DNA from: Octopus bimaculoides
Lineage: Eukaryota
Direction: 5' to 3'
Assembly: GCF_001194135.2 (NCBI RefSeq)
Contig: NC_068991.1
Coordinates: 74,086,397 to 74,150,396 of the forward strand
DNA length: 64,000 nt
The first letter of the stretch is position 1. Every line of letters starts with the position of its first letter. Under the pieces are notes generated by a model. It had not been told where the DNA came from, made no database searches, and was given only the letters and a program-made list of their open reading frames with translations. Shown here piece by piece: positions 28,253 to 39,625 of the stretch. A program made the translations under genes and the position numbers.

Positions 28253-29065
28253 CAAACAATATATTGTCTGACCCATATCAGTATTGAATGTGGCTGTTAA
28301 ATGATGATGATGATGTATCTTTATATCTGTGAGTGTTTGGGGAGGACGCTCCACTGCTTGGCAACCTGTGTTGGTTTGTTATGTCCCTATAATTTAGCAG
28401 TTTAGTAAAAGAAACTGATAGAATAATTAGTTGACTTTGAAAATAAATACTGGGTGTGATCTGTTTGACCAAACCCTTCCAGGTAGTGCCCCAGCATGAC
28501 CACAGTCCAATGACTAAAACTTGTAAAAAATGGTTGCTTGCTCTGCTGCGGCCATGTGATTCACCTCTATGACCCCATTGCTATGGCCGTTCAGCAAGAA
28601 TATTCTGCTCTGCTGTAGCCTTGAGTTGGTCAGTACCTTTTTGAGTGGAATTTAGCAGACAGATTGTATAGAAGCCTATCGTGTGTGTCGGAGAGTTCGA
28701 CTTGGTCATTCAACTCATAAAAACTGGGGTGAGGGGAGGAAAGGGTCAATATGATTGACTAAAGCCCCTGAAAGCAGTACCTCAGTGTGGCCCCAGTCTA
28801 ATGACTGGAACCAACCAAAGAATATACAGATGTTCCAATTTGGGGCTTTGTGTTCTTCCTCAGTTTACATTAATCTCTGCAGGGGGTCAGTATTCTGTTT
28901 TTGATCCTTCAGGTGTGTATAATTAATGAATCCTTAGTGAATTCCTTGCTCTTTTCTATTAGGTTGATTAGTTCCAAGCCATCCTTGATTGAACAGACCC
29001 CTAATCATTGTGACAACAAACCCGACATTGTATATTTAGCACTGCAATACCCAATATGCTCATCT

Positions 29066-29186
29066 TTTTCCCTTTTTTTTTTTAAATCCCTTTTCCTTTT
29101 TTTAAATCCCTTTTCCTTTTTTTAAATCCCTTTTCCTTTTTTATAAATCCCTTTTCCTTTTTTTTTAATCCCTTTTCCTTTCCAGA
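29066..29186 (+). repeat. Pyrimidine-rich minisatellite, ~21 bp unit AAATCCCTTTTCCTTTTTTT, about 5 copies
   Basis: Direct reading. Confidence 0.85.
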
Positions 29187-29753
29187 TGACAATGTGTTTC
29201 GAGGGAGATTTTCTTGTTAATTCTAGCAAAGAGGCTTTCGTTCTTTGATGTCTCTGATATTTTTCAATAGTAAAAATGTTGCAGGCTTTCAGTTAAAATG
29301 GCTGGGGTCATTATCCTTGAATTTTTAATTAGTAAGCTTAAGATTGCTTTTTAGTGCTTTATTGTGCTCTGAAGAATGGGAAGAAAATTTCCTGTCACTC
29401 ACAATATTGCATTTGCTCATTTGCTTAATCATTCAATATTACCAGATTTTCAGTGAAAAGCTGCAGAAAATTTTTAATTGCTGATAATTTATTATTTTTT
29501 TCCCATTTTATTATTATTTTTATTGTTTTTCATTTGAGACTGGAACTTCTTAATGATTGTGTTAGAGATGATATTTTTATATGTCTTGATATAACCTTCA
29601 AAGTGTTTGAGTTTTACTCCCCCCTAAAGCTTGTTACCGAGGATTAGTTAAGCCTGATCTAATAAAACCATTTCATTCTACGTATTTGCTTTGAATGTCC
29701 TCACTTCTTTATTAAATGCTACATTTTCCCCCGACTTCTTTTCTGTGTTAAAG

Positions 29754-29857
29754 GTCTGCTGATACACACAAGTCTTGTGACCCCGTGTATGAAGATGAAG
29801 AAGAAATCCTTGGGTCAGATGATGATGAACAAGAAGATCCTCGCGATTACGTAAAAG
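29754..29857 (+). CDS. SRPK: SRPK exon: SADTHKSCDPVYEDEEEILGSDDDEQEDPRDYVK(G)
   Basis: Acceptor ttttctgtgttaaag|, donor AAAG|gtaaac; conserved EEILGSDDDEQEDP..DY.KG motif. Confidence 0.95.
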
Positions 29858-30384
29858 GTAAACTAATTACTACTCAGATTAGGAAGAACTTTGCCATTCC
29901 ACGAGACACAAATGGGCAGAAAAACTGGACAGTTGTTCTTGAAGTGGTCATAACTAAGAAATGAAATTCAGCTTTAATCGCTGTGTTAGTCAAAGCAGGA
30001 ATAATTTTATAATTCATCTTGGGCCTTTAACATGTCTGACATGGATTTGATCTGATAGGGTCCAGGTAACATATACTCATGCGTTATTAGTTAATAAACA
30101 AACTTGGTACCTTTGAGTAATTTTTCTCTCGTAATCTATTCTTTGACGAGTTTGTTCTCTGTTATGAATACATAGGACAAATGTAACATGACCAGTACAT
30201 CTGAAAGGTATGTTGAAATATTGAAAATGGTAAAATTTAAATTCATGTTATTACCTGGCTTTAGAAAATCTCCTTCCATTAATTTCGTCTGACCCATGCC
30301 AGCAGTGAAAAGTGGATGATATGATATTCTCTCACTTTTTTCTTCGTTAAACGATTTGCCATGACCTGTAAAAATCCTTTCTAT

Positions 30385-30566
30385 TATAGTCTTGTGGCCT
30401 GAAATTAGATCGACCCCAGTACACAATTGGTACTTAATTTATTGACCCCGAAAGGATGAAAGGCAAAGTCGACCTTAGTGGTATTTGAACTCAGATCGTA
30501 GCAACATGCGCAATATCGCTAAGCATTTCGTCCAGTGTGTTAAAGATTCTGCCAGCTCACCGCCTT
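30385..30566 (-). mobile_element. SINE family B variant
   Basis: gaccccgaaaggatgaaaggcaaagtcgacc...gccagctcaccgcc. Confidence 0.8.
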
Positions 30567-30754
30567 TTCTGCCTGTCCAAACAAATTTAACATGTTTTGT
30601 AGATCTTTATTATTGAATGAAAATTAGATACATTGTGAGGAGAATGTTTTGAAAGCAATGAGATACAAACTCCATAACTAACAATAAACATTAGAAAAAG
30701 CTTAAGAAAATAAAGTTTCACTTAAAATATTGTAAAGAATTTTTGAGTGACACC

Positions 30755-30826
30755 TGCTGGGTTCGGCTGCTCTACATTGATAAGGGGCAAATACCCTGAA
30801 ATTAGTCTGTAGATGCCAAACCAGCA
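30755..30826 (+). ncRNA. Putative minimal type I hammerhead ribozyme (U3:A8 core variant), retrozyme/Penelope-like
   Basis: TCTACA-[TTGATAA]-GGGG caaata CCCT-[GAAA]-TTA-GTC-TGTAGA: stem I TCTACA/TGTAGA extended by about 11 further pairs, stem II, GAAA, and a GUC cleavage triplet at 30805-30807. Confidence 0.55.
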
Positions 30827-31689
30827 AAGGGAAGCGGCTGACCTACCCTATTCGAAGGTTATAATGGACACAGGTTCGTGTGTCACATAGCTAGCTAGAG
30901 GCAATACCCTCTTGGAGCTAATCCATGGCAGCATTCGTCCTATTTTTTGGACTGCCATGTTGGCTTGGCAATAACTATTGAAATAAAAGGTATTTTGTGT
31001 TTAAACGAAGGTAAGCAGATATGAAATATAAGGAGTATCTGTATGAGAACCTTGGATACTGCACTGTGTTATCTCTTCTGGCTGCTTTTTATGTTGTAAT
31101 TGACTTAGATGTTTGTGGTTCAGTTCTAGGGTAACCCAACAGTGAACTCAATTTAAAACTATATCAGTTCCTTTCAGAAACTCGTCTTGGCCCCTCTGCA
31201 TTCAGATTAACTCTGTCAGATGTCCTACTTATTTATTTCATGTTCTTGTGAATGAATCCCACATTATCTCATAGCTTTGAAATTTTGAGTTTGTGATTGT
31301 TTATTTTTTAAAATGACATTGGAGCGGAGGTGTAAGGGCCCCAGATCTGGTCTGTTTGAACAAAAAAACTGCTGGAGTATTTGGGCCCCCATATGACTGG
31401 TTTAAATGCTAGAAGGTTAAACCAAAAGTGAACTTGAGCTTTTGTAGAATGCATGAAGCAGTTTGAGAAAGTTGTTGGTGAAATGAGCCCCTTGCCTTCA
31501 AAGAACACCTAGACAGGTCCTTGGTTGCTTTGGAAGATGAATCCTCAAACTGGTGTTTGATGGTCCTTCTATAGCTTCTCTGTAAAGTTGTCTTTACTCA
31601 AGCTGTGTAATGCATCCCTTTCCGTTTCCTTATTCAAATCAAAGAATGGTAGAAGGAATAAAATAAATATCGAACCAGGCAGTGGATTG

Positions 31690-31727
<38 letters not shown>

Positions 31728-31949
31728 CACACACGCATGTGCACAAACGTGTTTGTGCACCCACTGACAGACAGACATACACACCAAAGCATGAGCTGAA
31801 AATGTTTGATATGATATCAAAGAAGGAAAGAGTGATTTTGACAAATCCTATTAAGATCCCTATTTGATGTAATCCAACAGCTTACCTGATGTTTGATTTG
31901 GCATCAATGGAATTATAATCTTGTATCTGCCATTATCATCGTCGTCATT

Positions 31950-32400
31950 ATTGTCTGCCTATTATATTCCCTTGCTTGCATGAGTTAGATGGTTCTTCTC
32001 CCAGCCTGTCTTCACCACATGTTGCTGTCCCTTGTCATCTTGTTGAGATACAACAACCATGAAATCAGCTTTCTCCACTTCCTCCCTTATATCTATCTTG
32101 GTCTTCTTCATGTTCCTTCATCTTGAATCACTTGATATTTCTTCATCCACATGTCATTCTTCATAGACACCACATGCCTGCGGCGGCACAGTCTTTTTCT
32201 CTTGCATATTTCACCTGAATCCTCTTCTACTCCCCTTCAGCTTGTTCGTGTTCTGTGTTAACTCTTAGACTCCGTGCTTTAAATCATTTGACTGATTCAG
32301 CCATGAAAACTAGGTTGCCTGTAGACATGAATCCCTATGTTTCACTAATGTTGAACCCCTTTATTGTGGCCTGGAAGGTTGAGAATTGATCCTCGATGAA
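31950..32400 (-). mobile_element. Decayed RTE-clade LINE 3' end
   Basis: Minus-strand translation RLCRRRHVVSMKNDMWMKKYQVIQDEGT*RRPR resembles the RTE ORF C-terminus (RLRWxGHVxRM...GxRxRGRP). Contains stop codons. Confidence 0.6.
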
Positions 32401-32586
32401 CGCTTTTTGTTTCCCCTCCACATTTAATTAGCCATTCAAATAATTTCAAAAGTTTGTTGTTTTCATATTAATTAGTTCTGATTGCTGACAATCATTTTAG
32501 AGAAAGTAATTACATCACTCCTGTTTATATATAATCTATTACAACCTCTCTCTACCCTTCTCCCTCCCTCTCTCCCTCTCTACTCT

Positions 32587-32630
<44 letters not shown>

Positions 32631-33070
32631 CTTCTCTCTCTCTCTACCTACTCTTCTCCCTCTCTCTTCTCCTCCTCACTCTACCCTCCTCATCCTCATT
32701 CCACCCTCCTCCCTCTCTCTGACTAATGACCTTATTTTCTTTCTATATATGCTTCTTTTTCTATTACAAACTTTTCCAGGTGTTTAGTGACCAACTTCTA
32801 CTTGTTGACTTTTACTCAAACTCAAAATAAAGCTGCTGTCACTAGTTTCAAACTAGTTACTATCACCTACTAAGCAGATTGCATACCATCAAGAATTTGC
32901 ATTGAATCATTCTACTTCCATAGGTTCAATCTTCAGCCTCTCCCATGTCCCATCTCTTTACCACCCCAGGCACTCTCGACCCAAGATGTTTATTATTAAT
33001 TGAATTAGAAAGAATTGATGGTTATTTTTGGCAAGAGAAACTGATGTCATAAAGTAAGTCTTAAAAATAG

Positions 33071-33232
<162 letters not shown>

Positions 33233-33293
33233 TAAGTAAATCGATGTTTTCTATGATACCATAAAAAAAATTACATAATTTGTTTGTTTAACT

Positions 33294-33579
33294 CTGGGGT
33301 TCCCAGCCTTATTTTGCTTGCGGAGCCCCTGAGAGCTATTTTATCATCTGTGGACCTCATATGTGCACATGTAAATTTTTGAAATAAAATATTTGTTTGT
33401 AGGTTAGTAAAAACTAACAATGAAACAATTTTGTTATATTCATAACATAAACTTCAAATACAAATCGTGAAACTTTCAATAAATACAGGTAAACAAAATT
33501 TATATCTGGACCCACAAATTACAATTTTTTACTCGTGGATCCCTTTAAAGCTTCAGTGGACCCTGGTTGGGAACCCCTG
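33294..33579. mobile_element. hAT-type MITE, perfect 8 bp TSD
   Basis: TIRs CTGGGGTTCCCAGCC / GGTTGGGAACCCCTG; TSD GTTTAACT at 33286-33293 and 33580-33587. Confidence 0.85.
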
Positions 33580-33590
33580 GTTTAACTCAT

Positions 33591-33637
<47 letters not shown>

Positions 33638-34145
33638 GCTAGCAAGAAATGGGCAAGGAAGTACTGAAGACTGTTCTTTTTTTTTTTAATATTTTGATGG
33701 CCGAATGATATTTCTGCCACCAAACCCTTACTTGTTTTTCAAATAAGGAAATTTTAAAGTGCATTGCTAGTGGATGATATTTTGAAAAAAGATATTTTTA
33801 ATAAGAAATATCAATAAATGTTACCTGTGCCAGCCCAAATATGAAAGGTGTTATCACCAGGTGTAGTATATCTAATTGCAGATTGTAAATATTCACAATG
33901 TTGCACACATACACACAGATATGGCGGGCTTCTTTCCATTTCCACATACCAAATTCCCTCATAAAGCATTGGTCTATCTGGGGGTACAGTAGAAGACACT
34001 TGCCCAAGGTGCTGTAGAATGAGATTGAACTTAAAAACCTTGTGATTGAGAAGTGAACACACGGCCATGCCTGTACCTTATAATTTCCTATAATGTATTC
34101 TGTACATATTTTGGGGTAAATGCATGTTTGTTGCATTTTTTGAAT

Positions 34146-34348
34146 TTAACCCTTTAACATTCAACTTATTCTGTCATATTTAATGCATATTTATTCGCAT
34201 TAATCACACATTATCTCATAGCTTTGAGATTTCAATGATATAATTGTGTATTTTCGGAAATGACATTGTAGAGTAGGTGTCGGGGGGCCAGATCTGGCCA
34301 GATTGAACATAGAAACAGAATATTTGGGCTAAATCTGGCCATGGGGTT
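34146..34348. mobile_element. TTAA-flanked (piggyBac-like) MITE; related copies near 31200-31420, 34740-34920, 40260-40450, 58610-58740 and 61650-62060
   Basis: Ends ttaacccttt.../...ggggttaa; internal cattatctcatagctttgagat..gaatgacattgtag..gccagatctggcc shared between the copies. Confidence 0.6.
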
Positions 34349-35399
34349 AAATCTCTCAGTGAAGCATAAACTTTGCTAGTAAATGTACTAGGGTGTCCAC
34401 TTAACTTAGAGAACTAAAAATGTGTTTGGAAACTATATTATTCTTAAGTCATTATAGAAATAGCTGTGTATAACTTGGTTTTAGGAGTAGTAGATTGTGT
34501 TCCTATATATTTTGACTTGACCAATAGGGTGGGCAACAGGAAGGGTATCCAGCTGTAAAAAAAACTGCTTCAGAAAACCTCTCTAATCCATGCTAGCATG
34601 GGAAAACAGATGTGAAATGATGATGGTGATGGTTCTAATAAAAAAAAAAGAGTGGATGGTAGCACATTTAATGCAAGGGGCATCAAAGAGCTGATGTTGT
34701 TGCAGAGACATAAATTTACAAATTTTAGAAATTTTCCCAAGTTTAATCCTTTTGCACTGAGATTATCCTGTAGATGTCTTATCTCTTCACATTGTCTTCA
34801 GTTAATCCTTCATTATTTCATTGCTTTAATTTTCCAATGATGTGAATGCTTATTTTTAGAATGACATTGTAGGATAGGTACAAGAAGTGAGATCTGGTGG
34901 GCTGGATATGGGTTAAGATAGTTTGTAATTTTGTTCTGAAACTTAGTGATATTGTACCTGTAGATTTAATGCTTCCATTGAAAGTGGCAGCTTTCATTTA
35001 TTGTCAGTACTTGTTTTTTTTTTCTCTTTCTCTTGAGATAAGGCACAATCTGTTTAACTTGGAAATACATGTACTTCTTAGTTGAATGGAAGCCAGTCGT
35101 ATATATGAATATTTGTTATAGCATTTCATTTACAAATGTTTAAATTTAAAAAAAAACTCTGCTGCTGACTGTAGTTGGAGTCCATTGATATAAAACCTTT
35201 TAAATAGACAAAAAACAAGGAAAAAATATTGCTATTCTTTTCTCTGTGTGTGCGTATGTGTAAGGTATTATCCCTAAATGGTTGAGGGGTCCACTTCACA
35301 ATCATGGGGTTAGGGTTTGATTCAACAGTCAACTTGAGCCATTTAGGTGAAATTGCACAGATGGAAGCTTGTCTGATGGACTGCAGTTCAAACACCAGT

Positions 35400-35455
35400 C
35401 ATCTCTCTCTCTCTCTCTCTCTCCCTCTCCCCTTTTCTCTCTCCCTCCTCCCCCT

Positions 35456-35490
<35 letters not shown>

Positions 35491-35507
35491 TTCTCTTTCT
35501 CTCTCTT

Positions 35508-35542
<35 letters not shown>

Positions 35543-35615
35543 TTCTCTCTCTNNNNNNNNNNNNNNNNNNNNNNNNNNNNNNNNNNNNNNCTCTCTCTCT
35601 CTCTCTCTCTCTCTC
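35400..35615. repeat. (CT)n microsatellite containing an assembly gap (35553-35590)
   Basis: Direct reading. Other simple repeats: (TA)n near 8727, 10905, 11535, 12095 and 16600; (CA)n near 19355, 25520, 27969 and 60162; poly-A 1933-1976; poly-T 33592-33634. Confidence 0.95.
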
Positions 35616-35923
35616 GCTATGTCATGCTGACTCAGCCTTGTCCACGTTGAAAGTGCAAAATGTCTGTTTAATTAGCCGGCTACTTACGTAATTCTCTGCA
35701 TAAGTAGTTCTGTTGTTCAAACTACTGGAATGCTCGTTGTCATGGCCGATGGATAATCTGTTTATTTTGTGTGTGTGTGTGTGTATGAGAGGGGGGTGAT
35801 CATCTTACCATATAAGCTAGACTCTGCCACCTTTTGTAAATATCTTTTATATTTTTATCTTTTAATTTTTTTGAGTACTTTGGATTGCAGCCATGTTGGG
35901 GTGCTGTCTTGAAGGGTTTAGAC

Positions 35924-36070
35924 CAAGGGTCCCCAAACTTTTTAGACCATCGACCCCCAGGCATGTACAAGAAAATAAAATAAATTATAATAATAAAGAT
36001 GTGCGTTTATCGACTCCTTGAATATCCCCCCCCCCCTCCAGTTGGTATCGACCACTTTGGTGACCCCCTT
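35924..36070. mobile_element. Short hAT-type MITE inserted in a SINE tail
   Basis: TIR-like CAAGGGTCCCCAAA / TTTGGTGACCCCCTT; TSD GTTTAGAC / GTTCAGAC (7/8). Confidence 0.65.
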
Positions 36071-36996
36071 GTTCAGACAAACAAATTAACTCCAGCCACA
36101 CCCCCTTTTTTTTAAAGCCTGCTACTTATTTTATCAGCATCTTTTTGTCGAATTGTTAGGTTAAGGAATGTAAACAAACGAACACCAGTTGTCATGTGGT
36201 GGTGTACATTTTCACTCTGTCAGATCCTCTCACAGGGCTTTGGTCAGCCCAAGGCTGTAGTGGAAGACACTTGCCTGAGGTGCTATGCTGTGGGACTGAA
36301 CCAAAGACCACACGATTGGGAAGCGAGCTTCCATATCAATTTCAGAAAATACTCCGTTAACGACAAGTGTTCAGAATTGCTCTTTTGGAGAAGCACTGAA
36401 GCTGATTTATAACTTCCATAATTGAAGTGAAGTGGCTTTAATTAGAAAATCCAAACTGGGGATACAAACTACGTTTTCTGAGATTTTGCCCATCCATTTC
36501 TGTGTGGTGCTTTACTTGTAAAGACTGGCAAAGTAAAATCTTTGTATGATAATTCGTTTAATAACGACCATTATGGAAATTTTGGAATGTCAGAGCCAAA
36601 AATACATTATTTCTGACTTCACCACACCCAGATGTAAGTACTGTAGCACTCTTATATATACAGTGTACCAGATATCACGGCCAGTGCCATTCAATGTATA
36701 TTTATGTGCAGACTAAGTGGCTTGAATGGAACTGCAGTTTGCTAAAATAGACTGAACAATTACGAGTTTTATTAATCATTTCAAAGACAGAAACTTCCTT
36801 AGATATTTTGTACACTTCTTTCCGTATGTTTGGTGCCTATTCTAAGATGGTATTCTTCAGTGTTCTTCAGTAATCTGTTGACTGTATGATTTTATAAAAT
36901 TAGGGGTTTTATATCTTGTTTCAGTAATTGGACTGTGGCCAAGCTGGGGCTCAGTTGAACAGATTGACCTCAGTACTTTTTATTTTTTGTTGAGTG

Positions 36997-37365
36997 TATT
37001 CTTTTACTTGTTTCAATCATTTGACTGCGGCCATGCTGGAGCACCGCCTTTAGTCGAACAGATTTACCCCAGGACTTATTCTCTGTAAGCCTAGTACTTA
37101 TTCTGTCAGTCTCTTTTGCCGAACCGCTAGGCTACGGGGGCGTAAACACCAACATCGGTTGTCAAGCGATGGTGGGGGACAAACACAAACACACACGCAT
37201 ATACGACAGGTTTCTTTCAGTTTCTGTCTACCAAATCCACTCACAAGGCTTTGGTCAGCCCGAGGCTATAGTAGAAGACACTTGCCCAAGGTGCCATGCA
37301 GTGGGACTGAACTCAGAACGATGTAGTTAGTAAGTAAGCTACTTACCACACAGCCACTCCTGTGC
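36997..37365 (-). mobile_element. SINE family A
   Basis: Near-consensus head and tail. Confidence 0.85.
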
Positions 37366-37719
37366 TTGTGTGGTACTTATTCCATTGGTTCCTTTTGCCA
37401 AATTGCTTAGTTATGGGGATGTAAATAAACAAACACTGCTTGTCAAGCTGTGGGTGGGGGACAAACGTAATGCAAACACAGTCACATACATATACACATA
37501 CAATGGGCTTTTTTCAGTTTCTATTTATCAGGTCCACTCATGAGGCTTTGGTCAGCCTGGGGCTATAGTAGAAAATACTTGCTCACGGTTGCACAGTGGG
37601 CCTAAACCCTAGCTAACATGGTCAAGAGGCAAGCTTCCTAAATGCACACCCATGCCTTAAATTATTTCCACCCAATGTGGAAAATTTTATTTGTTTAATT
37701 TTAGCATTTGTTCAGTTGA

Positions 37720-38039
37720 ATCATCATCATCATCATCATCATCATCGTTTAACGTCCGCTTTCCATGCTAGCATGGGTTGGACGATTTGACTGAGGACTG
37801 GTGAAACCGGATGGCAACACCAGGCTCCAGTCTGATTTGGCAGAGTTTCTACAGCTGGATGCCCTTCCTAACGCCAACCACTCAGAGAGTGTAGTGGGTG
37901 CTTTTACGTGTCACCCGCACGAAAACGGCCACGCTCGAAATGGTGTCTTTTATGTGCCACCCGCACAAGCCAGTCCAGGGGCACTGGCAACGATCTCGCT
38001 CGAAAATCCTACAGGAGCCAGTCAGGCGGTACTGGCAAC
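37720..38039 (-). mobile_element. Young RTE-tailed SINE with (GAT)n tail, 5'-truncated
   Basis: Reverse complement ends ...aggaagggcatccagctgtagaaactctgcc...catggaaagcggacgttaaacgatgatgat; identical to the copy at 39031-39343. Confidence 0.85.
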
Positions 38040-38865
38040 AAATTGTAAATTTAGTAAGATTGACGTGTAAAATAATGTCATTATTTAAAAAAATTTTCTT
38101 TTCAATGTTGGGTCTTGTGGTTTACAAAGATCAGTTTTGGAGCAGTTTGTCATAATGGGGGTATGTCAAAGCTGTGAACTTTATGACGTGTCTAGAGTTC
38201 ACAGTCTATAATAGACTGCAGATATGAGATCAATAATAGATTTGTTTTTCCATAGTTTATCCAAGACACTTTGGCTCACACTGTCAAAGGAGTCTTTTGT
38301 TATATAATAACTTGACACCTTTGACTTCTGGTCAGCAGAATTGGCTCTCACTTGTATATTATGATTTAACAGCTCTGTCTGGTTGCTCCACTTCCTATTA
38401 GAAATTGCAGTCAGATCACATATTGCTGTCTTCAAAATGGAAGGGGAGGAACCTTGGGAAATGCAGTCACACATGCATGTGTATGTGTGTACATGTTGAA
38501 CAAAATGGCCCCAGTACATTCTTTCATTTATTTCAGTCATTTGACTGCTGCCATGCTGGAGCACTGCCTTTAGTTGAACAAATCGACCCCAGGACTTATT
38601 CATTTAAGCCTAGTACTTATTCTGTCGGGCTCTTTTGCCGAACTGCTAAGTTATGGGGGCGTAAACACACCCACATGGAAAACGGACGTCAAATGATGAT
38701 GATGATGCAGATCACTGAGCTATAGACAGCTTGCTGGCATTTCTCTCTCAACAAATCAGCCGCTGTGTTTTTTGAAAATGAGCAGAATGAAAGTTCCCTG
38801 ACTTTAAAAACAGGGGAAAATAAAAGTTACTGACAGGAAGGGCATCAGGCTGTATTTGTCTAATC

Positions 38866-39625
38866 CAGGGATCCTCAACCATTTTTTAATCTACGGACCC
38901 TTTTGATTACCATTTTATTCTGGTGGGCTGTGCGTGAGAAGACCCGGCAAGCCAAGTAAGATCGTTGCCAGTGCCCCTGGACTGGTTCTTGTGCGGGTGG
39001 CACATGAGATGCACCATTTTGAGCGTGGCCGTTGCCAGTACCGCCTGACTGGCTCCTGTAGGATTTTCGAGCGAGATCGTTGCCAGTGCCCCTGGACTGG
39101 CTTGTGCGGGTGGCACATAAAAGACACCATTTCGAGCGTGGCCGTTTTCGTGCGGGTGACACGTAAAAGCACCCACTACACTCTCTGAGTGGTTGGCGTT
39201 AGGAAGGGCATCCAGCTGTAGAAACTCTGCCAAATCAGACTGGAGCCTGGTGTTGCCATCCGGTTTCACCAGTCCTCAGTCAAATCGTCCAACCCATGCT
39301 AGCATGGAAAGCGGACGTTAAACGATGATGATGATGATGATGACCCTCCATAGTCATTCAGTGTTTGAAAACAAGTTTTATAGGAAGTTCTTTCCAAATT
39401 CCTATTTTGTTTTCTCCACATTAACCTGTGTAGGTTGAAGTCTGCAAAATGTTAGAGAAAGGAACCCAGCTGTTTCTTGCAATGCATATACCAATACATA
39501 CATCTAAAGCAAAATTTTTCCAGGGGGCCCCTCAAATCCTATTGTGGATCCCTCAATTTACTATTTTGTTGCACGAAGCCCCGAAAATCCTCAAGGGCCA
39601 TATGAATCCTGTGTGAGAATCACTG
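38866..39625. mobile_element. hAT (Charlie-like) MITE carrying a nested young RTE-tailed SINE (~38925-39343, +)
   Basis: TIRs CAGGGATCCTCA / TGAGAATCACTG; TSD GTCTAATC at 38858-38865 and 39626-39633. Confidence 0.85.

Noticed and set aside
37801-39269. Duplicated 89/120 aa ORFs MKPDGNTRLQ...
   Set aside because: Antisense readings of a non-coding SINE; useful only as evidence that the two arms are identical.
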